Positions 12,441-27,000 of a stretch of DNA of 64,000 nt are shown piece by piece. A program made the translations under genes and the position numbers. The first letter of the stretch is position 1. Every line of letters starts with the position of its first letter. Source of the stretch: Octopus sinensis (lineage: Eukaryota); contig NC_043003.1 in NCBI RefSeq assembly GCF_006345805.1, positions 33,914,001-33,978,000 of the forward strand, written 5' to 3'. The notes under the pieces were generated by a model. The model saw nothing but the letters and a program-made list of their open reading frames with translations, did not search any database and was not told where the DNA came from.

Positions 12441-13523
12441 TTCCATATCAAATTAACTTGTAATTAAAGTAAACGTTTAGAATATTTCTTTTTTAAATGC
12501 CTCATAATCTATGTTTCTGGCAGACGAGTCGATCTCTTCAAAATAGATACCGCACAAAATGTCGAGAAAATATTTCTGGCTTAAATGTAAAATGCATAAT
12601 AATTCAACCAGTACATAAAAAAAGAACAGGGAAAACAAACATTGCAACTTACAATCCTCAATGCAAAACAATAATTAGGTCTGCCAGTGATAGACTACAT
12701 TCTGCCTAATACACATTCAATTAAATATCATGACGCAAGCTGTGATCGTTCTGCATAATTAATACAATGCATACTCAAAACGTGTGTCACCTAATATGCT
12801 TAAGAATGCCGTATAGCACATACGCTATATTATTGCCGTTCGTCGTTAAAATACAGTCGCACTACAAAACAACAGTAAAATACATGCACAAAAAGACAGT
12901 GTTAAATTATGATTATACAATGCTGCACACTTCTCAGAAAGACTTAGATACGCGTCGAGCTACGAAAGAAACAAAAATTAACATCACGTGCAATCAGTGC
13001 CTTTTCAGGTGAAGATCGCTCAAACGGCAAATGTCTAGCTGAAGAGCAGGTTGAGTTCGGATATCATCCTGTAGAGACTGGATATACTGTCAGCAGCGGA
13101 AATCAAAGTTGATGATAAAATAGATGTAAATTGCTTAGCATATTGCATGTATGAGCAGAGAAGCAAAATGAATGAAAAAGCCATGACGAAAAAGAAAATT
13201 TGAGTATCAAGTTGAGCTGTTCAATAGATATCTTGAAGGGATAAATGCTATAATCGATAAGAAATGATGAAAAAGTTGACACATAAAGACGACCAACACA
13301 GAAATTATAACATCAGGTACAAACATTTATAGGCTACAAATTAAAAGATAAAACAAAAAGTCATGGGTGAAACGGACAAAAATAAATGTCACCAACAAGG
13401 AAATATCACAATCAGATCAGGCTCTTCGGAGAAATGTATATAAATTTCATCAGCAGCTGACGAATGAGAAAGAACATTAGAAGAATGATATACGAAATGC
13501 TGAAGCAGCAATAATATATATAT

Positions 13524-13585
<62 letters not shown>

Positions 13586-13944
13586 TTCAAGCGATATATA
13601 TTTATTTCTACTGGTCTCGTGGCTAGGGGATGGTAGGAGTTCGCACCCCTGCTTGCAATTTAATTGGATGAAGCTGTGCATTATTAACCAGCTAGAGGGG
13701 GTGTCCTCTTACGGTTAAAAAATCACAGTAGAGTCCGTTCGAACGGACAGCCAGGTTAAAGTAGCTACGAATATTACTCGTCAGTACAACTACTGCGTTG
13801 ATCTCTTAGAGAGATTTTAGAACAATATATATATATATATATATTTATCAATAAATGTAGGGGTAGGAAAAAATTCTAGAAAAATTCTCCGCTACCAGTG
13901 GTCAAGTGAGAAAGAAAAGATAGTCAATAGACTATATAATATAC

Positions 13945-14153
13945 ATTCAAATATATAAGGAATGGCCATAATAGGACATTCAACTCACTAGAAAGAGCAG
14001 CCAAACTCCAAACCACTAATAGCTGTAATTCTGAATTGGTAACCGTTTTTATTTCTTTCCATTTCAGAATTACACCTATTAGTGGTTTGGAGTTTGGCTG
14101 CTCTTTCTAGTGAGTTGAATGTCCTATTATGGCCATTCCTTATATATTTGAAT
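13945..14153. repeat. Near-perfect hairpin: 91-bp arms, 27-bp spacer
   Basis: 13945-14035 versus reverse complement of 14063-14153: one mismatch counted. Confidence 0.95.
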
Positions 14154-15341
14154 ATATATATATTTATTTAATTATTTACATAATATGTACGAGTTTATGC
14201 ATGCACGTATGAATGTATTTCCGCATGCATGTATGTATACGTAAAAGCATTCTACCCAACGTATCCCATATACCATAATGTTTTCACTGTGTACATTTTG
14301 ATATAATACCTGTGTGTGAACACGTGTGTGTGTGTGTGTATGTGTATGAGCATGTGTATGTGCAGGTGTATGTGTGTGCACATGTGTATATCTGTATGTG
14401 TCTTTGAGTGGCAATGTGAAATATTGCGAAAATATTCACATTTGTTGAAGAGTAAGAGAAACACAATTATGGGTGAGATGTAAGAAACACCGGAAATTGC
14501 GAGACAGTGTGAGGGGCCAGTATAATCTGCAAATAAAAACTGTAAAAGTAATAAAGCTTAGGTCGCTGCCAATGGCATTTCTTTTTCTCTAGAGATTAGT
14601 CTAGTCTCAATGCAACTCACAGATATAAACAAACATATACAGTCTCTTATAAACACACACGTACACATAAACGCGTAAACAACACAGCTGCTTAGAGTAT
14701 ACAGACAGACATATAAACAAACAGAGAGATACAATTTGATTATTAATTATATCAACGCGGGCTTAGATATATTTCATTAGATTTCTACTATTAACAGGTC
14801 GCAAAGATTAATTGCAGGAACACTGTAAACTGCAGGTGGTTTAAAAAAAACTACAGGAATCATTGCAGGAAATCTTCAAGAATGTTAATCATTTCAATTT
14901 CCAAGGAGAAAATATAATTGTTTTTTCTTTAAAAACAACAACAAAAAAAAGAAAGAAAACAGCACCAGTTTTATGATTGAAATTTAGGCACATCGATTCT
15001 CAAGAATACAGATATTGATTTCCTTTGACTAAAAACATCGCCATTTTTTATACAGGAAATATGTATATTTAATAAAATATAGTAAATTGACTGTAGCCAT
15101 AATGCTAGTGGTTATATCACTAAAGTCAAGGTGTAGTACGGCTGGGGCCAAGTAGCAAAATGAATCATGTAGGGCCTGAATTAGAAAAATTGAATATCTG
15201 AACGAAATACTATAACATATAACCCGTCCTCATATGGAAAATATAACAATATTAAATCTCGTCAACTACATCGAAATGTATTGATTAGAAATTGAACAAG
15301 CACCATAGAGGAGCAAAATCATCAACGAATTTATACCAGTA

Positions 15342-15383
<42 letters not shown>

Positions 15384-15394
15384 TGTGTGTGTGC

Positions 15395-15443
<49 letters not shown>

Positions 15444-15949
15444 TGTGTGTGTGTGTGCGTTTCGCTGAAATATTACCGTAAAAGCGCAATAAGCAGAGAG
15501 AATAACATATTACTGAAAAGTTTTCGAAGGCAAAAATCATATCTTTTAGCATAGTTAGATGTACTACTGCTACATCAAGAGGTAGATTCCACGTAAATTA
15601 TTATTACCCAGTCTAAGGCGTCGAGCTGGCAGAATCGTTAGAATAAAGTGTTCCCCAAATGAATCATTTCAGAGTTAGGTATGCAACTACATTTGGAACA
15701 TCCAATGCTGGGTCCCATTTAAATGCAATGGTGGAACGTATGTAGGAACTACATATTTCTACTGGTCTTTATCTTAATTTCCAATATATATATGTATATA
15801 TATATACTAGCAGTTAGAATGGATCGTAAAGAATGGATCTTTAAGAAATTTGGAAATTATATTCTATGCATAAGGGCCACAACCCCCATGACAATTCATA
15901 TATTTTTGCTGTTGATGAAATTTTAACCATAGTTATTAGATACAAATGA

Positions 15950-18875
15950 AGTAATAACTTAGAATAACTTAGAAAGGTTTTTGGCCAGTATTGGCCCAGG
16001 CCATGTCTAACTTAATAGCACCACCTGGCGAAGTCTTTCAGTTCAGGATTTGGGCACCAAGGCCCATTCGAGCAGAGAGTTATTGTTTGCGGAGACATAT
16101 CCGGGTGTGGGTGGTTTGTCCGGTACTGTTTGAAGGAATTTGTCCAAAGACTTCTTGAATTTTGTGTGGTCAGTTTCTTTTTTGACGTGTCCTGGTGTAA
16201 TGTTGAAGAGAGCGGGTCCAATTGAGGTGAAATAGTTGTGCCGTATTGTCGTTATGTGATGCGATTTAGATTTTTGTTGTGGACGGATGGCACGTGTCCA
16301 AGCCTTGGATGCATTTTGAAGGTGATGCCAACATCATTCGGACAGTGCTGATGGAATATTTTCCACATCATACAGATAATGTAGCGTTCACGGCGTCGTT
16401 GGAGTGAATACAATTTCAGCTTCTCTAGTCTACCCCAGTAGTCAAGGTCTGACATGCCATCTATCTTTTTTGTGATTGACCTTTGGGGAGCTTCAATTCT
16501 CATAATATTTTGTTTTGTGTAGGGAGACCACAGTGGACAGCAGTATTCAAGGTGGGGTCGGGCAAAAGTGGAGAAGAGAAGGATAATAGCGTGGGAATCT
16601 CTCGACTGGAAGGTTCTGAGAATCCAGGAACACATTCTGCGGGCCATGTCAACTTTGCTGCTTATATGTGTAGCCCAGCTTATGTTGTTGTCCACTGTTA
16701 CTCCCAGGTCTCTGATGTTGTTGGATGCCATGAGAATTTCTCCAGAAGGAAGAGAGTATGGGAGTTTCAGAGCGTCCTCCCTTCCAAAGTGGATCAGTTC
16801 GAATTTGTCTTCATTTAGCAACATGTTATTCTTTTCCGCCCATTGGACAACAGCCAGTAGGTCTGACTGAAGGTTTATTCGGTCATCCACGCCATTGATG
16901 ACCTTCTGGAGCTTGGAATCATCAGCGAAGGTTCTGATGTTGCTGTGTTTGATGGTGTCAGTAATATCATTTATGTAGATGATGAAGAGAAGTGGGCCCA
17001 ACACAGTGCCTTGTGGGACACCACTGCTGACTTTGGCTGGGCTGGATTTGACTCCTTTGACTACAACATGTTGGGTTCTGTTAGAGAGGAAGCACTTGAT
17101 CCATTGCAGCAGCTTTCCAGTGACACCAATATTGGACAGCTTTCTCAGAAGGATCTTATGATCAACCCTGTCAAAGGCCTTGCTGAAATCAAGGTAGATG
17201 ACATCAGTGTTGGAACCCTTTCCCAAGGCTCTCAAAATGTCATCAAAATGATGCAGTAGCTGCGTCAGGCAATCTCTCCCATTACGGAATCCATGCTGGT
17301 TGGGGTTCAGCATATTATGACTCTCAAGGAAGTGAGTCATACGCGATCTCAGCACCCTCTCAAATACCTTGATGATATGAGAGGTGAGTGAGATTGGACG
17401 GTAATTCACGGCAAGCGATTTGTTTCCTTTTTTGAAAACTGGGACAACAGACTGGGATAGAAGGTCTTCTGGTATATATCCAGCATCCAATGAGTTCCGC
17501 CACAGATTGGCTAGAGGGGGTGCAAGTTGGTTTTGACACATCTTCAAGACACAAGCAGGGAACCTATCGGGACCTACTGCTGAATTATGCTTCATTTCCT
17601 TTATTGCTGCTAAGACATCAGGAGCGCCAAATGTTATGTCCGATAAAGTGTATTGGGGAGTAACATCACTGATACAGCCCAGATCAGTCATATCAGGATT
17701 GCTGAAAACAGAGCAATATTGTTTCTGCAATATTTCTCCATGGTTTTGGCATTGTCTTGAAGAGTACCATTTTCATCAATCAGAGGGCCAACAGTAGAAC
17801 CAGTGACTCTGTGTTTTTTTGCAAATGAAAAGAACACTTTGGGATTGAGTTTGATCTTCTCAATGGCCCAGGCCTCTTCAGCTCTTCGCTGACTATTGAT
17901 GATAGACATCATGTTGTTTTGGAGTTTATGTTTTTTAATCTCTAGCGACGAGATGGCAGTCAGGTTGGTGTGTTGCTGTTGACAGTATTTCAGCATGTTG
18001 ATCTTTTTGTTGATTCTTTTAATTTTCCTTATGAGAGATTTTCTATTTCTAGGGATTCGACACTTAGATTTGTTTGCAGATCTTAATGGGGTGTGTCTTG
18101 CACATATGTTCGTGATGGTGTCTACAAGTGACTGCCAGGACTTTTTGATGTTAGTGGGTGTGTATGTGTGCGTGAAGGACCAATCGACTTGTGCAAGATC
18201 ATTATTGATCGCTTCCCAGTTTGCATTGTGGAAATCCATAGTGTCAAATGGATGAGCAGGAGGGATGACATTTGTTTTGCATTTTGGCCAGTGAAATCTC
18301 AGATCACAGAGAACCATGTCATGGTCGGAGAGTAGGGTTTTCTCCACTGCAATATTGTGGATAGTATCAGTGTGATTGCTGAAAATTAAGTCTAAGACGT
18401 TTTTGTGACATCTCGTTGGTTCGAGTACCAGTTGGGACAAGAAGAAGTCATCCATGAAGTCAAGAAGCGATTCCCCTGCCTCCCTGTCAGGGGTTGAGAG
18501 AGAAGAACCTGGCGGCAGACTGTTTGTAGACCAGTCAACCCCGGGAAGGTTGAAATCTCCCATCATTAAAATGTTGTCAGGTTGACACTGCTGAATGAAA
18601 CACTTTATGCTGTTGAGGCATTCCTTGAAGCATGGTAGGGGCGTTTGGGGTGGTCTGTAGAGCCCAACTACTGTTAAGTTGTTGGTTTGACTGAATACAG
18701 CGACTGCTTCGCAGTATCCATTCGAAAATATGTTCATGGCTTCTGTTGAGAATGAATCATGGACATAAATGGCAGTCCCACCCTTTCTTCTGCCAACACG
18801 ATCAGCACGAATGGTTTTGAAATTTTTAACTTTCACCTCGGCTTCCAAGTGGAGGTCACTAAGATGGGTTTTATA
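15950..18875 (-). mobile_element. CR1-type LINE, 5'-truncated inside the endonuclease, with a short tandem 3' tail
   Basis: APE-RT ORF2 (see below). The 3' end has a (AATAACTTAG)x2 tail on plus at ~15953-15972. Confidence 0.9.
16043..18875 (-). pseudogene. CR1 ORF2: AP endonuclease + reverse transcriptase, two 1-nt frameshifts (~17715, ~16295)
   Basis: EN: THL..EAEV..RADR..KGGTAIYV, LYRPP, GDFNLP, LDLIF, SDH. RT: NYRPISLTS, QHGFR, YLDFSKAFDRVDH, PQGTVLGPLLF, FADD. The C-terminus continues in a shifted frame to SLLEWALVPKS* at 16043. Confidence 0.92.
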
Positions 18876-21800
18876 AAATTTCATCTTCTTACAAGTTATA
18901 AAGACCCCTTCATGGGGACTTAACACCCACAATTTTGTCATTTTATCTAAGCAAAAACGAATAGTTGTACTCTTGGAAGCTGTGGGGTCATCCGAGCATA
19001 GAATATGAGCATTATTTGTAATTGAATGGTACAACAGTGTAAAAGTTTGCTTTGACATACACTTAGATTGTGATTTCTGCAATGTGCTACATAAATTGTC
19101 AAGTAAATGAGAGGTATCTTTGCCTCCACTGATTCAGTTGCAAATTGTTGAGTAAAGTTATTTGATTGCAGATCTCATTTCAGTCTTTTTATTACCACTG
19201 GGTCACACATAGTCCCCACATGGTAACATTGATTTCAAGGCCTTCCCAGATGAGTGACTGGTTATTCAAAGATATTTATAGATTGTATATTTATTCTGTC
19301 CAGTTACGTATAAGTATAGTGGTCATTTGAAAACTCCAACTTTCATTTCTCCTTAGCCCTCACGTCACACAGTTGTTAATGTTTATTTCAGTTGGGTCAC
19401 GCCCTTCCAATTGCTATAGATTCGTAATGCATTTTACGGCTGTGCCTGTCACCTGCATGGTGAGGAATACTACATTGGGAGTGGTAATGACTAGGGTACT
19501 GTAGCTGACTGCTTATTGTGATCATTCGTCTTTTGGCTTCCTGTAGCTTTGCTCTGTTTTACAAACCCTGTGAACATATATTTCCTATTTCAAAGAAATT
19601 CAAACAATAGATATAAGACCCAAGTTAAAAGGATTCTCAGCAATTCAACTTCTCTGATTGACATTACGATGCCCACCCCCAATAGGGGTGTTAACTCTCA
19701 CATTTTAGAGCTCCATGACCTCCATTTTTCAGGACCAAAATCCTTTTAACAGGTTCTATAATATGCGCATAAAAATCAGTAGCATGGGATACATGTGGCA
19801 CGATTACAATTTATAATCGATTACGATTTATAAGATTGCTACTATGGAAAGTTATTCCTCTGCTTTACGAATAGTCTCTGGAAACAAATTAACTTGTATA
19901 TCGAGACATGACCGTATGCGGTTTTGCATACATATATGTTTGTGTGTGTGAATTTAAATATCTACACTTACTTACGTATATAAGACGTGCAATGTCAGTA
20001 TACATGTGTATATGTATGATCGCTGTGTGCACATGTGTATTGGCATATCAATATGTATGTGCAAGCCTTTTTAAATGTACGGAAACATTGGTTGTCACCA
20101 CCTGATTGAATCTATGTTGAGACGTATGTATTTGTAGAGATACATGTTTACATGTCTACACATTTGCCTACACACTTATTACTCGTTAAAATTCTGAAAA
20201 GCTCTACATGTATTCACAACTGCTTTTCGTGGTTATACAGCTGCAATTTCCGTATTAGATGTATTGTTTCTGGTTTTGTGAAGCTTCTTTCATGAAAAAT
20301 TTTGCTGCGGCAATCCATTATGTATCCATATTTTTCAATAACTACAGGTATTAATTTAAAGTAATAATCTAGGAGGAGTAACTGTAGTTTTGTAACTAAT
20401 TTGGCATACGTACTTTTTTTTTGTATCATATCTTTAACATACAAGATCTATATCTATGCCTATCTGTAGCTTATCATGATGAATGGTACGCATGTGTATC
20501 TATGGATGCATGTATGTATATTGTTTAACTATACTATAGTTTGGAACGCCCTTCCTTATCACATATATTCCGTCTGATAAAATTAGGTTATGAATGAAGT
20601 TGCGTTGTGCTGTTGAAATTACCTTACGGTAATAGTTGTCTGGGCAGATATGTTCAAAGTTCAAACAATGTAAACACATATACAGCTACATTAGCCTGAG
20701 AATTTGTATAGTCTTCATAGAGACAGCATTTACAATGTAAACCACGTCTGTCTTATTTATATAATTTTCCCTTTATATATATCATTTTACAAAGAATGAC
20801 TGTGGTGTGCTGGAAACCATAGAGTGGGTGAGATATAAACCAGAACAACTTGATTATATTCGTTTCTCTTCTAGCATCAAAATATATTGACATCGACTGA
20901 GGCACTCATTTTTCCAGTGTTGATGTAAATATAAATGTATTAGTCAAACGCTGAGGCCAACTCCACCTTTATGAAACATTTCCTGACGCCGTATCAAAGT
21001 TAGAAAGTAGTATTCCTTACTAATACCCAACCACACTTGATACAGGAATTATATTTTGTATATAAAATGTGAGTATATTGTGGAACTCTGAAAATATTGA
21101 AACCATTGTATATACGGTATTTCAGTAAAGTTACAAATACTATTAAACAATTCTGAATTAGAATAATCAGTTTAGCGAAGTATATTTATATGGTGAAAGC
21201 AATTTGCAAACATGGAATATAGAATGCTTAATTTTGATTGAATTCTAATTTGTCAAGTATGCTGTTCCGTTATAGTAGGATGTAAAGCGGGAAAGGATGT
21301 AACGTTGCAATGAATGAGCAGCACTATATTTTTCTGAAACATAAAATATCGATATGGGTAAACGTTTACTACCTCCGACATACACATGTACTTGCACATG
21401 ATTACAACACGGATCACTTTGAAAACAAGGAGTTTAGCTATATATTCTACTATAACTATGAAATTAATACCGGTTATAGTTGTACTCACTTTGCAGTACC
21501 AGATTTTCCTCATCACATTTCTTAAGATGATGAGTGATCAAATGGATCTGCAGAATAATTTCAGGAAAAGACAATGGTAGACATATCTGTATCCATTATT
21601 CTCGAATACCCGCTCATCTTATGAACCAGCAAAATCATTCTGTGAACCTACTAGAATAAAAGCAGGTGTAGAATTCATAAAGAAGTTTAAATGCTATACT
21701 CGCAGCATCAACTGCCTTAAATAAAGTACATACATATATTTTACACCAATTATTCCAACATTATCTTATCTAGGCTTCAAAAAATACGAATAACGCTGGC

Positions 21801-22134
21801 GTCATCAGGAAAATCAAAGATATGGAAGTCAAATTGATGTGAAATGATATGAAATGAATAAACAACAGGTGAGTAAACAAATCAACGCTGAAATATATAC
21901 GCAAAAATGAAAAAAAGGCATAAAAGAAGAGTGGGTTGTAATCACAGCGAAAATTGTGAAAGTGAATTCTTTTGATATTCATAAATATCATGCGGGAACA
22001 AAAGTGAATATAATAAACATCGTTCTTGTCGCTGACTGTTCTGTTTAATGGCGGTACCCGCAACGTAGCCACAGCTTATTGGCAAAAACGAGTTAAAGAC
22101 TTTGAGGAAACTGATAACAATAATGATAGTGGTT

Positions 22135-22335
22135 TCTGAACTAGGCACAAGGCCAGCAATTTTGAGGCGGATTGATTAGTCGATCCCAGTACTTAAATTT
22201 CACTTTATTTATCGTCCCCATGTCGGTTAAAGACAAAATTGTTCACGGTAGAATTTAAACTCATGCTGAGTCAGGACAAATACTGAAAAATATTTTTCCA
22301 ATACTTTAAAGATTCTTGTAGCGCATCACTTTAAT
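22135..22335 (-). mobile_element. SINE family A, very degenerate
   Basis: ggcacaaggccagcaattt..ttagtcgatcccagtact..agaatttaaactc traces. Confidence 0.55.
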
Positions 22336-22449
22336 GTTAGTAATGATAACAACAAAATCAATAGCAGCAGAACAATAAAAACACAACTACATGAAACCAT
22401 TATCAAGCTTTTGAATCGTGAAACCTGAAACTTATTCCATTAAGACGGA

Positions 22450-23240
22450 AGCTCTGGAGTTGAAAAATAATTTGATATCCTAAAAACTCCTCCTACAGAA
22501 AATGCATCGATCACCATTAATGCTAAACGTAACAAACACAAGAGAAAACACTGTGGAACATCCAAATACAGAATACCTGAAAAGGCAAAGAAATGCACGG
22601 AAAATGCTTCACAAAATAGATGCAAGAGTTTGAGAATAATGAACAGAAGTTTTGCGAGGACCTAAGTGGTAATTTACTGAAAGCTGATATAAACTAGTTG
22701 CTAGCTCTCATACAAGCCGAGATTCTCGCATCTAGATCCTGTTATGGGATAAAGAATGGGAAGGACTCATAATACGAAATTTGTGGAAAGAGGGAAGAGA
22801 CCATAGGCTCTATGATTTCAGGATATCTGAAATTGACAAAAACTGAAAAGTCATTATATAGGGATTGAAAACACACACATTTTTTATGCTAATAGTTGCC
22901 TTAAAGACAAAAATAAGTGCATAAAAGTAACGTAGTCTTAAAACTATAAACAACATAGAGAAAAATCATAAAAAAAGCTCTTGACATATACTGTGTGGAT
23001 TATTGTCTATAAAATAGGGAATGCAAGACCAAAACAAAGCACGACACATACTCAAGGAACACACAGATGAGCTCAGAAATTTAGTGACAGCATAAAACAA
23101 AAATACATCTAGTAAAACATAATTTATTTACGTAGTCCCAGGTACAAATTTCCGATAGTTTCAGGAATATTCTGCGCGCACTACACACATTTTACGAGGG
23201 CTTACGTAATCGGGTAAAACACAACTGAACCCTGATGTGG

Positions 23241-23327
<87 letters not shown>
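22450..23327 (+). mobile_element. 3' remnant of an R4/Dong-type LINE with a (TAC)n(TAA)n tail
   Basis: LKADI..LALIQAEILASR..EICGKREETIGSMISG (CCHC region), then a 3'UTR-like segment and the trinucleotide run 23240-23327. Confidence 0.55.
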
Positions 23328-23328
<1 letters not shown>

Positions 23329-23694
23329 CTGGGAATTTTAACATGTGAAAGCGATAAAACACAGCTCCGAAATGTATGCAAAATCACCAAGAATAATGGA
23401 AACAAGTGGAGCCAAAAATAACCGACAAAGTGTTAGACTATATCCGAGTGAGTATTACTCATTAAAATTTATTTCTATTTTCCAAATGAAATAGTGTGTT
23501 TGAACTGTGTATCATCTCCATCACCCACACAACACGTGTAATCACTCTCGCCACATTATGTTCCAATCAATATCAGACCAGACACAAACAACTACCATAC
23601 GCAAACAAACATGAAAAATATATTAAACAAAGCACTGAGAAAGCACAAACCTCCGCCATGGCAACATCGACGTTCTCTCAACGATAAGCCAGAG

Positions 23695-23978
23695 GTGATT
23701 TTTAAAAACAGAATATCTGAAATAAACTCAACTGCTCTCACAAACGAGAATACTAAAAATTAACCCGACCGCTCTCAAAAATTTAGTATAAAAACAGGAA
23801 AAATAATCCAGAATATTTGTCCGGAATAGGATCGATCCCAAAATCTGATCTGTTTGTGCTAGTCACGAGGCCAAACATCCCTGAATGTGACAACCAAGTC
23901 TATCCAGCGGTTCTTAAGACATCTTGTCCACAGACAAACAAAGAAACAATACCTCCGCTTTCGCTAAGTTGGAGGTAT
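23695..23978 (+). mobile_element. Non-autonomous Helentron-associated (HINE/pearl-like) element
   Basis: gatcgatcccaaaatct..gagatatc-like core, (CAAA) microsatellite and subterminal hairpin ACCTCCGCTT-TCGCT-AAGTTGGAGGT (23951-23976); family assignment from recall. Confidence 0.55.
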
Positions 23979-24087
23979 TAATACCCTTATTATTTAAACC
24001 AAGGATAACAAACTGGAAGTACTTACTTTAAACTTGTTACACAAAAGGTACGAAAAACTACATGTGTAAAACCATTTAACACCAGAA

Positions 24088-27000
24088 ATGAACGGACCAA
24101 TACCCTGCGAAAATGATCACCATCAAAATAAAGGGCCGAACGTTATTCCTCATGTCCCGCAAATAAAATTAAAAAATCATAAATGGACACGAGGGGAATA
24201 TATTTGAATCCTACTCAGTTATTTTACAGCAGTACTCTACCGCGAGAACGAAGACACAACAACATTTACATATAAAATCTGAAAGAAAAATAACCTAGAT
24301 AAAGATTTGGATATACCAATGAACCCGAACAAACTAGCTAGCATACAGAGATATATTCTCAAAACAAAAGAAAATATCAAAAATAGAAATAGAACACTTA
24401 AAAGAAAAAAATACATCACGAAAACGTAGCAATGCCAAAGAATATCATAAGCACCGGAACAGTATAATACGAAGACAGACGTAACACGTCCAACGAAGAC
24501 GAATTAAACAACGAAAGCCAACAAACTCAGACCATAGAAATGTATAATGATGTGCAAAATGTACCAAACCAGAACACCACAGATGAGAATATGAATGGGA
24601 CGGAATACGAAACAAATCCCAAACCTGGAAGCAGTGAAGGTGAAGCTAATGATTATGATACTCTAAAAATGAGCATAATCAAAGAATTGAAAGTCACAGA
24701 TTTCAGTATGAACCACCGATTGTGCCGCCCAAAACCTGAAATTAATAATAAAACAACATCAGTAATAAATAGCATGAACCCGGCCATCAAAGAACTAATA
24801 GCTACAGTAACAAATGTTAATATGACCAGACTAAATTATATAATATATGGAGCAACCTCTGTGGCTACAAAACAAGATGGAAACTCCCTAAAATCCATCC
24901 AAACAAGAGTATCACCACCCAAATCAAACTTGTGGATGAATAATATCGAGAAAAAATAGAAAATAAGAGAAAGGGTCTGTCAATCCTTAATGAAACTAAT
25001 AGACAATCAACATTAATAAGCAACAAAAGAGAAGAAAAATACTACGTAAATACAAAATTACAGAACAAGGTACATCTGAGGTAAAAGAGCAGCTAAAGCA
25101 AGATATCCTAGCCAAAACACAAAGAATCCGCCGGTATGAGAAATGCCAATGTTTCTTTGAACAAAACAAGCAGTTCAACTCCAACCTCAAAAGATTCTAC
25201 CAAGAACGTGGCAAAATAAAATAGAGATCAATGTAGCACCAACACCAGACGTGAAAGAATTTTGGAAGGAAATATAGTTGGCGAAAGAACCTCAGAAAAG
25301 ATCTATCAAAACAATGAACACAGCACCTGAACAACTCTGGAGCCCTATAGCAACTGAAGAGGTCACCAAAGCACTGCAAAACCTAAGCAACTGTGGAAGG
25401 CACCCGGTCACGACAAAATCCCCAACTTCTGGTTTAAATATCTAACAGGAACACAATAAAAGCTGGCTGAGAAATTTAGTGAAATACTAGCAGAGCCAGA
25501 GACAATGCCTGGATGGCTCCCGGAAGGGAAAACTATCCTAATTCCCAAATGCACTGAAACGGCAAACCCACAAAATTACAGACCAATAACATACCTCCCT
25601 ACATTTTACAACGTCTTTAGTGCAGTAATATCGCAGATAATAGGCAAATATCTGGAAGACAACAGCCTGTTTCCACTAGAGCAGAGGAGATGCTGCAAGA
25701 TGTCATACGGATTAAAATATCAGTTACTGATCAATAAAGCCATAACTGAATACAGCCGAAGAAAGAAGATGGGGCTAAGTATGGCCTTGATCGATTACCG
25801 AAAGGCTTTTGATAGTATTCTCTACACATGGATCCTAGAAACAATAGCCATGAATAATATAGCACCAATAATCATAAATTGTATAAAATATTACATGAAT
25901 AAATGGCAGATAGTGTTACAGCTCCAGGCAAATAGGGACTCATAAAAAACAAAGCCATCCCCATCAGAAGAAGACTATTCCAGGGAGACACACTCTCTCC
26001 ACTACTTTCTTGCTTGGCAATGGCACCTTTATCTGACACACTAAACAGTACTAGATGTGGATACAACTGTTACGGCAAAGCAATCAACCATCTCTTGTAT
26101 ATGGATGATCTAAACTATCTCTCTCTATATAAACGGCAGTTTGTCTGTGCGTGTTTCTGTGTGTCTGTTTTCTCGTACCCTCACTCTGACCACGGCTTTC
26201 AACCGATTCTGATGAAACTTGACACACACATAGCCCAATGTCATAATTCAAAACTAACGCAGCGAAAATTTTGAAAAGTTCCCCCAGTTCTGAAAAAAAT
26301 CGATAAATTCGACATGGGGTCGAGAATCAAAAAAAATAAACCACAGACTGTCTAGGGGACGCAACTCAAACTTTTTTTACTCTCAAAAAAAAATTTACCA
26401 TCATTTTTTTTCCATTTTTTTGCTATTTTTTGGCTATAACTCTCTAAAAATGCTTTATAGTTATTTCCCTTACAAACCTGAGCAACGCCGGGCGATACTG
26501 CTAGTACGCTATAAATGATAAACTGCTGGAAACATAACTTCAGACAGTACATGGATTTACCAAAGAAATATGATATTTGGTTTAGAAAATGTGCCAAAGC
26601 TATCTTGAAAAGAGGAAAGCTACTTAAGAGTAGCAGCATCACACAACATAAAGCAAATGAAATAAGAGAATTAGACCAAAGCCAGACATACAAATACTTA
26701 GAAATCAATGAACTAGATACGATGCAACACACACAAATGAAGGAGAACATAAAAAAGACGAGTTAGACTAATACTGAAAACAGAGTTTAATGCGAAAATA
26801 TATATCAACAGTCTAGCCGTCCCAGTTACAAGTTACAGCTACAATATTCTGAACTGGACTCTAAATCAGCTAATCAAAATAGGCAGGTAAACAAGAAAAA
26901 TAATGACTGCGTTCAGGATGCATCACCCAAAATCTGACAAGGAAATGCTATATATACAACGTATGGAAGGTGGTAGAGACCTTATACAGCTAGAAAACTA

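Noticed and set aside
13009-13112. Possible exon GEDRSNGKCLAEEQVEFGYHPVETG
   Set aside because: CAG|GT can be read as donor or acceptor; the frame stops quickly; no homology recognised.
15635-15790. Possible MITE interrupting a SINE head
   Set aside because: No matching second terminus found.
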